Assembly (NCBI RefSeq): GCF_006345805.1
Contig: NC_042999.1
Location: forward strand, 49,414,001 to 49,478,000
Source of the DNA: Octopus sinensis
Taxonomy: Eukaryota
Direction: 5' to 3'
DNA length: 64,000 nt
Below the pieces are notes generated by a model. That model was not told the DNA's origin. It saw only the letters and a program-made list of their open reading frames with translations, and did no database searches. Both the position numbers and the translations under genes were made by a program. Each line of letters opens with the position of its first letter. Position 1 is the stretch's first letter. Below are positions 12,481 through 26,015 of this stretch, piece by piece.

Positions 12481-14146
12481 TTATATATACATACATTCAA
12501 TATATATGTATATTCCCTAGCGCAAAATTCTCTATTTTGTATTTTGCTATGTACAGTTGTTAACGTACATCGAGCCACATGTATTTGCATATTTGTACAA
12601 AGAAGTAATCAGCATACTCTTGTGGATATTATCTCCGATAGATTTCACATTCGAACCAACCTCATAAAAAAAATTGATGCATTATTAAACTTATCTGAGG
12701 AATATTTAAACATCATAAAAAAAAGTTCGCCGATCTTATCTGATCTCTGTGGAAAATAGCAAAAATTGTACAATGTGTACTGTCATAGAAGATAAATCTT
12801 ATGACTAGACAGGAAAAAACAGCAATTTCATCAAAGTAATTTCGGTATGGCTAGGACTTTATCGTGATGGAAAACTGAGCTTACCACTTTAAACATTCAG
12901 AACTAGTCGTTTAGTGTAAGTGATGAAACAAGAATTATATGAATACATAAAGGCTGAGGCATAATAAATTACACAAGCACACACACACATACACATGTGT
13001 GTGCGTGTGCATGTGTGTGTGTGCATGTGAATGTGTGTGTGTATGTGTGTGTGCGTGTGTGTGCATTCTGTTTTATCAGATATATCTGTCGAGTTTTGCG
13101 TAAAATCTCTTTCCTCGGCCTAATTTCAAACAGCTCAACTGGGATTTGTGCCACACCATCAATAAGTACCTTCTGATTTTCTCCTATTTCTCCCACTTGT
13201 ATCGCATTGTAATGATTCATATTTAAAATATGTCCGACTTTTGAAGCCACTTACACATTCCTGGACGCTGTCTTCTTTACCTGGACGTTCTTCAACGTAG
13301 CTTTCAACAGCATGTACTCTATCTATGAGGTGACACCACTGTACAGAATATCTTCCAAAGGGTCATCATTTCCTTACTTCGTCAAACTGGTTTATGTGAG
13401 ACACCACCCGCTGTTTTTGCGCCAAGCACGTCCCCTAAAATGAGAGCTTTCTTTTTTGTCCGCTGTCTGCTTTCCCACTCATCTTCATAAGTTACGGTTT
13501 CAAGCACTACACCTCAATGACGAGCTTTACAGATTCTTCTCGCCTCAAACTATAGCAAACTTTGCCTCGCTCTCCATCAATATTGTACTTCTTTTATGTC
13601 ACTCACGACAAGTCTGTAGCGTTTTCAAACCCGAGAGAGTTACCACTCACCAATACCAAACGGATAAACTTATTGTATTGAAACTGAACGGGAATTATTG
13701 AGGGAATCCTGTTTTTTTCTTAAGTTTAGCACCACGTTACATGATTTCCATGTAACGTGAAAAGAATTGCCTCGCTCAAGTATAAAACGCACAGCCGTTT
13801 TCGAGAATAGAACGAAAGATCCTGTGTTCTTGCAATTAATACACTAACAACTACGCAATGCTACTTCATACAAGCAAATACATACCTAGCTACTCACATA
13901 CACACACCCCACACCCACATGGATATATATATATATATACCCACACGCACATATGTACGTTTTAAATGTATACATATATACATGTAACCTTAACCATACA
14001 TACATGCGTACATGAATACATGCATATATACACACATGCATACATACATACATGCATACATACACACATACATACATACATACATACTTACATACATACA
14101 GACATACATACATACATACATACATACATACATACATACATACATA

Positions 14147-14458
14147 ACAAAGCTACTTCGAAGACTACAGATCCAATCCATCATTGAAACTCTAAAAATC
14201 TGTAAAACTTTCCAGAAGTTTATCATTTAAATACATATGAGCATGTCTAGAAATGCACCTATATGCATGAGAATAGATACATACATAAAGCATGACATAC
14301 AGATCTGCACATATACATATATACATGCATACATACAAACAGAAATATCCTGTTCTCATGTTGAAATTCCAATGAAGGAGCCTTGAATCTAAGATCGAAA
14401 CCAACTCTCTCTCTGTCTATTGGCCAGAAATCTTGAATTAAACAGAACAGTGATATAC
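14147..14458 (+). mobile_element. 5'-truncated RLE LINE 3' end inside (CATA)n
   Basis: KLLRRLQIQSIIETLKICKTFQKFII* and its 3'UTR (attccaatgaaggag...gaaacca) align with 20715-20906; (CATA)n lies on both sides. Confidence 0.7.
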
Positions 14459-14503
14459 ATACATACATACATACATACATACATACATACATACATACAT
14501 ACA

Positions 14504-14534
<31 letters not shown>

Positions 14535-14763
14535 CTCTATATACGTATGAATATGTGTATGAAGCAATCGTTTCTCAGAATTTCTTAACGTCTAATATTC
14601 TTCAGAAGCATTAAAAATGTATTTCTTGACCGAAGGATCGCTTCTTCCAAAATCCTAGTAGCACTAAAGAATCCCCAGCTCTGTCTAACTTATTATTTTC
14701 AGTCATATGTAATAAATTTGCCCCGATTTCTTAAAATAGAGACGTGTATCTACATACATAAAT

Positions 14764-14815
<52 letters not shown>

Positions 14816-14935
14816 CTATCTATATATATATATAGTTAAAGTTAATCCAAACAAGAAAGCACAAAAAAACACAACAACGCGAGGACGTGGAACAAATATA
14901 GTATTATTGGACGCTCAGGAAAGAAGGAAAGGAGG

Positions 14936-14970
14936 GTTTAACGTTTCGAGCGGAGCTCTTCGTCGGAAAC
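14936..14970 (-). ncRNA. Minimal hammerhead motif, variant core CCGACGA
   Basis: Minus strand: gttt CCGACGA a gagc tcc gctc GAAAC GTT aaac. Confidence 0.6.
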
Positions 14971-14988
14971 ATAGGAGAAGGAAAGATC

Positions 14989-15102
<114 letters not shown>

Positions 15103-15267
15103 GTAATAGATAGATAGATATTGACTGATATAGATACAGATATATATATATAGATGCATGTTTGTATGAATATGTATAAATATGTGTACCAGTGTATGTG
15201 CGTGTGTGTGTGTATTTATAAGCTTGCCAATATATGCATACGGAAGCATGTATTTATCCATCTGTGA

Positions 15268-15348
<81 letters not shown>

Positions 15349-16185
15349 GTGTGTGTGTGTGTACAGATGGTTTTGTTTCTTAACAGCTGTATAAATGCCC
15401 TAAGCATATAAATATATTTCCTTTTATATATACACTTATCGACGTAAACCATCACTCACAAACATGTACACACACGGAAATAAATACTCAAACCTTCAAA
15501 CATATCAATCTTAAGTATGTTTAAAAAGTGAGGAAGGCATTTTAATGGTTTGGCTTTCGTGCCCATTAGTGCATCAATATAGTCGAATGTAATAGTTAAA
15601 GCTGCTGTTTTTCTTTCTGCAGGTCACCTTGTGGAAAAGCATCAAGAAGTTTGAAATCATTCAAAGTTTACCATTAATCGTAACAGACTGGAAATTCGTT
15701 TTGCTTTTGCATTAATCTCTTCAAATCAACGTCTCCATACAAATTTGCGCGACTGCAGTAATGTCAGCTCTCAAGTAATCAACTGTTTGACTCTTGTGTT
15801 ATCTTCTCGAGACACTCCTAAAACCAACAAATGAAAACCAAGCGTACATACAAGATCATGAAAGCTAACTCAAACAACGATGTTTTTCATGACAACGGCA
15901 ACGACTATGACGACGACGACGATGATGAAGATGATGACGACGACTGTGATGACGACGACGACGACGACGATGATGATGAAGATGACGAGTCTTCCGGATT
16001 TAGGTTCAAATGAAACTATCTTAAGGACGTGGACGGTAATCAGTCATATCGGAGGAATAAGTCATACCGGAGGAATAAGAAGCAAAGTTAACAGCGGTGG
16101 TACTTGAACTCAGAACGTAAACAGCCGGCATAAATGCAGTAAAGTATTTATTTCCAAACTCTAACAATTCCGTCATCAATAATAA

Positions 16186-16403
16186 TTATTAGTACCCTAG
16201 ACACAAGGCCTTAAAATCTTTTGGAGAAGGGAGCTAGTCGATTATATCGTTCTCCAGCGCATAACCGGTACTTATTTTATCGACCCGAAAGGATGAAAGG
16301 CAAAGTCGACCTCGGCGGAATTTGAACTCAGAACGTAGCGGCGGACGAAATACAGCTAAGCATTACTCCCGGCGTGCTAACGTTTCTGCCAGCTCGCCGC
16401 CTT
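16186..16403 (-). mobile_element. Nin/Deu-domain SINE monomer (alternative tail)
   Basis: Same head and body as 22770-22920; tail as in 25320-25533. Confidence 0.85.
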
Positions 16404-16544
16404 TCTGCCAACAATAATAATGATTTCTTTTACTTATTATTATATTTATTCGTTTTCTAAAAATAATTAATAATCCTTTCTACTACAAACACAAGGCCTG
16501 AAATTATTTTAGGGGAGGGAGGAGTCGATTACATTAGCCCAAGT

Positions 16545-16890
16545 GATGTTTTCTGCAAGTGATCCAACCTTATTACCGCCCCTATTTGTTCCATGTACTA
16601 CTCAAGATTTTTACTCACTGTTCCCAGGACTATGACAATTATTGGTACTGCTATTACTTTTTTCATCGACCACAACTGCTTCAACTGCCGAACTAACCTG
16701 TCATATCTATCACCATTTTGTCCACAAATTCTGCACTTATCAATTTCTGATGTGTTGTCTGTTCTGTATTTTATGTAATTTGTTCTTAGTGCTTGCTCTT
16801 GGGCAGCACAGATTAGAGCCTCCATTTTCGGTTTTAAATCTCTTTTAGTCATCCACAGCCATCTTTTTTCGCTGTCTGTCTTATCTTCAA
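16545..16890 (-). mobile_element. Internally deleted R4/Dong-like RLE LINE fragment
   Basis: LKPKMEALICAAQEQALRTNYIK...KCRICGQNG is fused directly to DRYDRLVRQLKQLWSMKKVIAVPIIVIVLGTVSKNLE; same family as 37424-37742. Confidence 0.85.
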
Positions 16891-16949
16891 CATCCTTGGG
16901 AAAATGTCCATGCAGTCTTTTCTTTACCCGCCTATTTTCATTTTCATTC

Positions 16950-17009
<60 letters not shown>

Positions 17010-17088
17010 ATTACCCTTCAGTACCCCCAGGAAACTGGGTTTGTCTCGGCAAGTAACTGTAACAAACAAGTAGATTAAGAGTAAAAAA

Positions 17089-17123
<35 letters not shown>

Positions 17124-17124
<1 letters not shown>

Positions 17125-17656
17125 TGCCCTGATGCAGTACCAGGCAGTGGCTCTCATGGCTTCTGATCATAACTGATTGGAAGTGTTATCATGTACATTG
17201 TTTTGTCTTGGTATAAAGGATGGGCTACAGCAAATATTCGGCTCAATACCACAGATTTGCTTGTCAGTTGTTTGACCTTAACCAGTTGAGCATGTCCCTT
17301 AGTGGCTGACGATATGTGCATCTCTGATCATGAGCAGAAGTAGTGGGGGAGCATCATAGCCATGTGTTGGAATTCACCTTTGGAAACATGGGTGGTTCGT
17401 TCAACATCCTTAAAAAATCCTTATTCAGGGACCTTTTGAGCGGGATGGACTACTCGACCTGAAGAAAATTCTAATTAGGCCCCACCTGCAAGGTCATGCG
17501 CTGTTTATCTTGATATGAGATCACCATGTCACGCACATATGGTTGTGATGCATGTACCTGGTGTACCCTTATCAGACGGGGAGTCATGATGGGTATACTG
17601 GGCTTCGTATATTTTACCCCAGTGTCACTTTGATGGCATGCACTGCTCTCTCACTC
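17124..17656 (+). mobile_element. Non-coding insert between two (AAT)n arrays (probable non-autonomous or UTR part of a TAA-targeting LINE)
   Basis: Complex, higher-GC 530-bp block bounded sharply by (AAT)n at 17092-17123 and 17657-17750; no ORF homology recognised. Confidence 0.45.
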
Positions 17657-17738
<82 letters not shown>

Positions 17739-17789
17739 TAATAATAATAATAACAAGAACAACAACTACAACAACAACAATAATAATTT

Positions 17790-18256
17790 TTAACTTCTAC
17801 TTGTTCCAGTCAACGGACTGCGAACATGCCGGACCACCAGCTTGAAGATATTTAGTCAAACGTGCCGATTCCAGTACTTACCTTGCTTTTCAGCCTGAAA
17901 CTTATTCTACTGGCCCATTTTGCCGAACCGATAAGCTACTTGCATGTAAACACACCAATAACCAATACAGGTCATCAAGCAGTGGTGGTGCGGGGTGTGT
18001 TTGCAAATAGAGACGCAAAGAAACGTGTGAGCACACACACACACACACACATATATAAAGTAAAGACCCCCTTCGGTCATGAATGACCATGAGATTGCAC
18101 CTAGAAAGTTACCCTCCTAGACACAAGTCCGGGCGAGGTTGTTTATGGAAGAGCAGCAGTCGCCCATGCATACCAGCCTCCCCTCTCCACGCCACCAGTG
18201 TTATCCAAGGGAAAGACAAATGTCAATACAGCTTGGCACCCGTGACGTCGCAACTC

Positions 18257-18305
<49 letters not shown>

Positions 18306-18475
18306 CCGCGAGACCGCGATTCTTTCAGTTTCCGTCTACCAAATCCATGCACAAAACATTGGTTGGCCGGTGGAAATAACCTGCCCAAGTTGTTACGCAG
18401 TGAAACTGAAGCTGGAACTGAAGCTGGAACTATGTGGTTGGGAAGCAAATTTTCTTACCACACATCCTAGTTCCT
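17790..18475 (-). mobile_element. Diverged SINE family A split by a nested SINE fragment (18059-18262)
   Basis: Tail half 17790-18030 and head half 18315-18475, with a foreign insert inside the internal microsatellite. Confidence 0.7.
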
Positions 18476-19369
18476 ACAAATAATATTTTGCGTGTAGATT
18501 CAGATCGAAGAGCTACATTCGCAATATGTTTTATAATCAGTTTGGTGTCTTTCCCAATATTTCCATCGTTAAGTATAAGTGATTTTGTCTCAACATCAAA
18601 GAGAACATTTCCTCTTTATGGTACCACACCCTTTTGACTCGCAGCATAAATTCTTTTAGATTCTCTCGTGTTTGTACATTTATTTTAAATACATTTGTCT
18701 AGATGTATAATGTCTCTGTGAACGTGAATTCTTTTACCGTCATAGTTGATAGAAAATGGCAGAGTGACGCTATTGGAAAGAGGATAACACTATATCGAAC
18801 GGTATTTATTTGTATCTCAATGCCTTTGATGCCAGAATGACGTTTTGGCATTTATTTTCTCGAGACACAAATCATTCAAATCCATGTAGGAGCGTCTGTA
18901 CGTTTCATCCCGCTGCCTTTTGATAAAGAATAAAGTACAGCTGAACTCATAAGCTTCGCTTAAATACGGCATAAGTTCCGTAGTTAGACGTAGATGAAAC
19001 TAGACAGCGTAATTTTACTTTATATAAGCGACATAAATAATCATTGCTGACACTGCACAACGATTCTACGACTAGTCGGTGCTCTATGTCTATGTGTATC
19101 CGTGTGAGCGTGCACGTGTGTGAGAGAGAGAGAAAAATGTGTATGTGGGTGTCTATGCGCATCTCTGTGTCTGTATGGTTTTGTGTGTGTGAGAGGGAGA
19201 GAGTGTGTGAGTGTAAAGACATAAAGTAGAAGAAATGGGATCATGTACCTCGGATTGAATTTTGTGTCTGCTGTAAATTGCGTCGCGTGTTAAAAACGTC
19301 ATGAAAGGGGCCTCACAACTTCAACTGTTTAAATTAAAATCTTAACCTATCAAGCTAATAGACAGATAG

Positions 19370-19690
19370 ATAGATAGATAGATAGATACATACATACATA
19401 CATACATACATACATAGACAGATAGACATAAAGACAGACTGTCAGACAGTTAGAGAGACAGACAGTCAAAAAGACAAGCAGAAAAGCAACCTGACAGAGA
19501 TATACACACACACACATACATACACACATACATACATACATACATACATACATACATACATACATACATACATACATGCATACATACATACATACATACA
19601 TTCATACATACATACATACATACATACATACATACATGCATGCATGCATACATACATACATACATACATACATACATACATACATACATT
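19370..19690. repeat. (GATA)n/(GACA)n/(CATA)n compound microsatellite
   Basis: Direct inspection. It is one of many (TA)n, (CA)n, (GATA)n and (CATA)n tracts, e.g. 1533-1700, 14991-15122, 46020-46175, 48855-49107. Confidence 0.95.
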
Positions 19691-19814
19691 AACATACTTC
19701 TGTGACAATCTATAGTTGTATGTATTTTTGTAAGTATGTATGTATGTGTGTGTGTATGTATGTATGTATGTATGTATGTATGTGTGTATGTATGTATGTA
19801 TGTATGTATGTATG

Positions 19815-20222
19815 ATTGTCAAAGGGTGGAGGAACTTTTGAGAGTCAACGGCCATCCAATAAATGTCTTAAGTCTGTATCATGCGCGGGGACATAGAAAT
19901 AATCGGACTGAATACCCGATCGCGCAGTTAAACCATTGGGAGTGAAGGACTCCTAGCCTTTGTTAGGCCATCCTTCTAGGAGAAGGAAACTCAGGTAACT
20001 GGAATAACTCCGACATAAAACCTGCGGCTCGGTGGTTACCGATGAAGTTGACTTGTTCTTTTTTGGGGGATTATGGCTGCTGTTGCTTAGTGAGTGGGAT
20101 TGACTCAGTGCACAGCCTTTCCTCACTTTAAAAAAATCTTCTTGCACAGGTATTGCACGATGACAACATTGATTAAGCTTCGCACAATGGCCATACTCGA
20201 TAACGAGGGGGCAGCCACCATT
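19815..20222 (+). mobile_element. Non-autonomous RTE-like element (5'UTR-like part fused to an RTE-type 3' end) in (TATG)n
   Basis: Flanked by (TATG)n on both sides. The end ccatactcgataacgagggggcagcc resembles RTE 3' termini, and ctaggagaaggaaactc...aaaacctgcgg resembles RTE 5' regions (recognition only). Confidence 0.45.
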
Positions 20223-20284
20223 TATGTATGTATGTATGTATGTATGTATGTATGTATGTATATGATTAGCAGCTGCCCAAAATT

Positions 20285-20906
20285 GTGATCAAGGTACTGC
20301 CGCTGTAGCAAAAGCAATATTCTATACCATTAGGAAAAGAAAAAGACTGTCCTAGAATACATATAGAGAATCCTCTTGTTATTGAATACATTGAGAAACC
20401 TTAGCACAAGAAATACTAGTGGAACATACCCATCAAGACATTTGTCGAGTGAAAACATAACAGACCGGATATTGTTGTTTGAGATAGATATGAAAATTAT
20501 GTTCCATAATAGAGATCACCTCTCTTGCTGACGTGGATATCTCTTTGAAAAGCAGAGAGAAAGAGGATAACCATAGACAACTTCTTCGAAACCTCCAAAT
20601 TTTATATCCAGATTATGAATTCACTTTACACCAATAATAAGTGATGCAGTTAATTTTGTGAGGAAATGCTTAGGTGACATTTCTGAAAATTAAGGTTTTA
20701 AGAAAAAGAAATCCGCCAACTAACACGCACATTATAAATTCAATCTGTAAATGGATCAGTAACAGAATGCAAGACTTTTCTGAAGTTTAAAATCTGACCT
20801 TGTTTTTGTTATCTACATTCCAACGATGGAGTTTTGTATCTTAGTTAGAAACCAGCCCCTTCTTCAGAGAAAGTTAAATAATTAAAAACGGAAGAGACAC
20901 ATACAT
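20285..20906 (+). mobile_element. Decayed RLE-domain LINE 3' end (R4/NeSL-like)
   Basis: WNIPIKTFVE*KHNRPDIVV*DR...IIEITSLADVDISLKSREKEDNHRQLLRNLQILYPDYEF...CKTFLKFKI* (PD-(D/E)xK-type nuclease), then a 3'UTR ending in CATACAT. Confidence 0.8.
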
Positions 20907-21888
20907 CATAATTGCAGACATTCATGCATAATGTGAATGTGCATGTATGTATTTAATGGAATAATGTATGTCGACTTTATACATCTTCCACCAAATTCGT
21001 AGCCTTATGCTTATGATAGAAATTGTGTTGAGCACTGCTAGAAATGCATTTTGGTTAATCTTATATCTTATATCTTTCTAGTTTGAATACGAATGGCATC
21101 GATAGAGAGTGAACCTCTAAACAATTTTAAATCTACGTATTTTATGCAACTATCTATTTGAATTTATGTTTGAAAATGTCGTTAGAAATCGCAAAAACAT
21201 TTGCCCCGCAGCGGAAATAGTTGTGATCTCATAAATGTGAACTTCTGCACATCCATTTTCTTTTGAAATGTAAAAAAGAGTGGGGATTATATTATATAAT
21301 AGTCAATAAAACAAATAAAATTTGAAAGACAAATTTGAATAAAACAATTTGGACAAAAAGGTAATGGGACGAGATATCACCCACTACAGCATTCCTGCTG
21401 TTGGAAATTATTGCAGGACTAGAAAAGATGAATATTTGCATTATGTTAGTGTATCCTTAACTCCAAAACTCATTCGAGAATGGGTTAGAGGAAAGTAACA
21501 CGCTAATGGTTTTCAAAAGAGTCAAGAGATTTGCTTTAGTCAAAAACGAATTATTGGCAGATGGACGTTTGACCGATGTGTTACTGGAGGTACTTCTTCG
21601 GGCTCTCGCCTCTAAAGTTCTACTAAGGTCAACTTTATTATTTGTCATCGCCTAACTCCTTTCCCTGAAATTTCTGCTTTTTTGCCTAAATTAGAAATTT
21701 ATTGTAACATAAGAGCACCCAGATTTCTTAGAGAATTCTGTGTTCGCTGATATCAGTTTTGCATCTCAGTCTATCCGGGAACCACGGAATGAAGTGCCAC
21801 TACTAGGGTCAATAGTTTCGACTAACCTCCTCCTCCCCTCAAACTCGCTGACTTTGTGTCTAAATCAGAAACTATTATTATTATTCTT

Positions 21889-22075
21889 AGGGCAGCGATC
21901 TGGCAGAATCGTTAGTATGCCGGGCAAAATATTTAGCAGCATTTCGTTCGTCCGTTACGTTTTGAGTTGAAATTACGGCGAGTCGATTTTGCCTTTCATT
22001 CTTTCGAGATCGATAAAAGTAAGTACCAGTTGAGCAATGGGATTATTGCTGGTCTTGTGCCAAATTTGAAACCAT
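21889..22075 (+). mobile_element. Diverged Nin/Deu-domain SINE (further degenerate copies near 26400-26545, 27870-27990, 30030-30200)
   Basis: Degenerate A/B boxes and gcctttcattctttcgagatcgataaaagtaagtaccag. Confidence 0.7.
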
Positions 22076-22769
22076 TATTATTGCTATTGTTGTCGTTTGC
22101 ACTGTAGGAATTATTTAATATGAGGCCTGAGTAGATTATGATTTGTCAGTGTGTACATGAACATGCTTCATTCCGAAAAAATATGTCTTCGAGATATTTT
22201 AGAGTCTACCCCATTACCATGGAAGTATGTGCTATATTTTTATATTATTATGAAATATCGATTGCCGGTGATTACTATGGATTTTTCTGAGGGAAACGGG
22301 GACTGATGCTAACTGCAATTGCTGTAACAAATGATACACCTCCTAGAAAAAATTTTGAACACAAATATGAATAGTTTTTTTTTTTAAATCACAAGCAGAA
22401 AAAAGATAACAATTATACATTAAGAACGGTTATAATTACACACAAAATAATGATGATTCTACAAATAAACATATCTGTATTCACAGACTTTTAATTTTAG
22501 CACACAGAAGCGATTAGCAGACATTAGCAGCAGTCACACCAACAGCAGCAGACGTGAAGGTGCAATGGCTCAGTGGTTAATGCCATGAGTTCTGATTGGA
22601 AGAAGAAGAAGAAGAAGAAGAAGAAGAAGAAGAAGAGAAGAAGACAGCAGTTGGCATGAAAATATACTGTTACCAGAAGATATCCAGACACAACATATCC
22701 TCGTTCATAGAAGCCTATAAAAACAAAACATAGGGCTCCTCTCAATCACGTCAGAACTGGCCAGAATGT

Positions 22770-23192
22770 AGGGCGACGAGCTGGAAGAAACGTTAGCACG
22801 CCGGGCGAAATGCGTAGCGGTATTTCGTCGGCAGTTACGTTCTGAGTTCAAATTCCGCCGAGGTTGACTTTGCCTTTCATCCTTTCGGAGTCGATAAATT
22901 AAGTACCAGTTACGCACTGGGGTCGATGTAATCGACTTAATCCCTTTGTCTGTCCTTGTTTGTCGCCTCTGTGTTTAGCCCCTTGTGGGTAGTAAAGAAA
23001 TAGAAATAGGTATTTCGTCTGTCTTTACGTCCTGAGTTCAAATTCCGCCGACGTCGACTTTACTTTTCATCCTTTCGGGGTCGATAAATTAAGTACCAGT
23101 TGCGCACTGGGGTCGATGTAATCGACTTAATCCCTTTGTCTGTCCTTGTTTGTTCCTTCTATGTGTAGCCCCTTGTGGGCAATAAAGAAATA
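22770..23192 (+). mobile_element. Nin/Deu-domain tRNA-SINE, head plus two tandem body units, 17-bp TSD
   Basis: A-box-like gagctggaagaaacgttagc, B-box gagttcaaattcc and gcctttcatcctttcggggtcgataaattaagtacc domain. TSD agaactggccagaatgt (22753-22769) / agaaccggccagaatgt (23193-23209). Confidence 0.9.
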
Positions 23193-25086
23193 AGAACCGG
23201 CCAGAATGTCACCATCAATAGAACCCTCTACCCTATATTTGCATCAGTGAAGAAATGAAGGATGGATATGATGTTAAACTAACGGAATCAGCAACACAAA
23301 CACACACATACACAAAGGCTCAAACAGAAATAAAATTAATCGAAATTGGCAAAATTGTTTGAGAAATGAAATCAATGTACAGCAGTATTTGTTCCGGTTC
23401 TCTATAACTTGAGTTCAAATCACGTCAATATCATCTTTGATTTTCTTTTTCCAGAATTGATAAATAAAACACCGGCTCAGTGCTGGCGCAGCCCTCTCTG
23501 CTCCTAGCTGCGCCATGCTGGTTGAAAAGCTTGGTGAAGCGTGTGTGTGTGTACAAAAGATATCTATATTTCATTGTGACTATATGAATATTTAAGACCA
23601 TTAACGAAACCATGGCACATAGAGTTACCAAATCATATTTGATTGTGATGGAGGTCCGTATTATGATTATTATATTGTTATTACATCCCAAAACGAGTTG
23701 TAAAACGTTTTCAATGAATATATGAGCCCTTGTGGTAAATAAAAGAAAGATTTGTCATCAATTTTATTGTTGTTGTTGTTGTTGCTGCTGTTGGGGCATC
23801 TGCTGCTGGCGCGTTTTGCCGTTGTTATTGTTATTGACTTGTTGAGATGTACTATAATATAAGCATTATGTATGGTAATTGCGGCTCTGAGCAACGCCAT
23901 ACACATAATCCCCCATTAAAATCCATCATTTGCAATGAATCGGAAAAGCCAAAAACCTCTGAAATTGTTCTCCACGTCTTCGATTTTTATTTTATAAGTT
24001 TTTACCATTTTTTCTTCCTTTAATCTTCTACAGCTGCTATCTAAAACAGATTTGGAGAATACAACATGAATGCAACATAAATTGCATTCATTTTCTCAAA
24101 ACCCAATTATCGATATCTTTTCCATTTCACTGGACACAACACTTGATTTTTCTATTATCTCTTCAGTATGTATTATAGGAGAACTACAGATGGCAGAGTC
24201 GAGAGGGTATCACCCAATAGGCCAATAGGTCAACATTTCGCAATATGACAGTAGCATTCTACAATCTATATTTCCACTACATTTAACTCCTGATAATATT
24301 GCCTACTTAGTTTGTAAATCCTAACCAAGAGATGTTTTTACTGACCACCGTAACGCAACAGAGAAATATTTAACGATGAATTTAATATTTGGTGATTTTG
24401 TACTTTTTTTTATTTAAATCTCCTGGGCTACAGCCCTCCAATGTGCCACAAGAAAGTACTGTCTGGTGTACAAGTTACTAGATTCGCTTCCGAAGAAACG
24501 ACCGAGTGTTTTGTCTAACATTTCTGTTAGACTAAAAGAAATTCCTTTAGTTTTTGGAAAATACTGAGCTAAGCAGAACTTGTATACCGATATTCAGAAA
24601 TGCAGACTTTAAAACGCCGACTCGCCCTTTAATGCCTTTGCTACAATCCACTTTGTTGCAACCATTCGGGCGTGATATCTAGTATCAGGATAGCTCGATA
24701 CCATGATACTCTGCTACATACTGCAGCAAACTCATGAGAGATGGTTTCTTCTATTTCCTCCACCAGTATAAAAGGCCCAGTCAAAACTTGTCTGTGCTAT
24801 CAGCTCCTATCAGACTTAAGCATAACAAAGCAATCAGTTGATGTTGTCTCAATTTATGTCAGATACCAGGTACCAGTTACAACTATAATTTTATATTCTC
24901 ATCTTTTCGGATTTTAACCTTAACACACTTAACCAGGGTTTAAAGAAAAGTTCTGGGGTTGATACATTCAACTAAAACTCTCCAAGGCGGTGTCCCTCAA
25001 ACAAATAGAAGATAAAAGATGTGTGTTTATGTGTTGTTTGTATATGTATATGTGTATGTATGTATGTATGTATGTATGTATGTATG

Positions 25087-25125
<39 letters not shown>

Positions 25126-25319
25126 TATATATATATTATATATATATATATACTATATATATACATACATACATACACATATATATATATATTTATTATA
25201 TATATAAGTGCAGTTAAAGGTTAAAACACTCATTAAAGGATGATAAAATCCAATAAATATACTGGTTTATTACCTATTACAAAATGTTTGAATGTTTCAT
25301 TTAATATTCAATTGTAAGG

Positions 25320-25533
25320 AAAGGCGGCAAGCTGGCAGAGTCATTAGCACGCTGGGCGAAATGCTTATCGATATTTTGTCTCTATCTACGTTTTGAGTTC
25401 AAATTCCGCCGAGGTCGACTCCACCTTTTAAACTTTCGGTGGCGATAAATTAAGTACCAATTGGGTACTGGGGTGGATCTAATCCACTGTCTCCTCACCC
25501 AAAATTTCGGGCCTTGTGCCTAGAGTAGAAAAG
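25320..25533 (+). mobile_element. Nin/Deu-domain SINE monomer with an alternative tail, 17-bp TSD
   Basis: TSD aatattcaattgtaagg (25303-25319) / aatattcaactgtaagg (25534-25550); tail cccaaaatttcgggccttgtgcctagagtagaaaag. Confidence 0.88.
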
Positions 25534-25692
25534 AATATTCAACTGTAAGGTAAATAGATAAACCGGGATTTATATATATTAATAAGAAAATAGAGATGAT
25601 TAAATTAATAATTATTTATTAGTTACAAAATTGGTCATCATTCCCGGCAGCTATTTCATATAATATGAAAATGTAAAGGTATAACTTTTTGC

Positions 25693-25766
25693 CCCTCTGA
25701 TGTCTTTAAAATGATTTAATTATACCAATTAATTTCTGAAGTCTTGAATCGAAACAGCTGTCAGAG
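25693..25766 (+). ncRNA. Degenerate hammerhead motif
   Basis: CTGATGT (A9 changed) ...ttaatt/aattaa... GAAAC AGCT GTC agag. Confidence 0.35.
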
Positions 25767-25920
25767 ATGATTTCCAATTTTGTAATTAATAAATAAGTAT
25801 TTATTGAATTATCTCTATTTTCTTATATCTATCTATATCTATCTATCTATCTATCTATCTTCTATCTATCTATCTATCTATCTATCTATTTATATCTATC
25901 TATCTATCTATCTATCTATA

Positions 25921-25972
<52 letters not shown>

Positions 25973-25979
25973 TATATAA

Positions 25980-26015
<36 letters not shown>

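Noticed and set aside
15831-16013. Poly-Asp ORF (also 3144-3383)
   Set aside because: (GAC/GAT)n microsatellite.
16042-16077. Short tandem duplications (18 bp here; 12 bp at about 18405, 24 bp at about 39516, 19 bp at about 53314)
   Set aside because: Ordinary slippage duplications.
21457-21648. TPKLIREWVRGK, a pogo-like HTH fragment
   Set aside because: Too short and interrupted to support a call.
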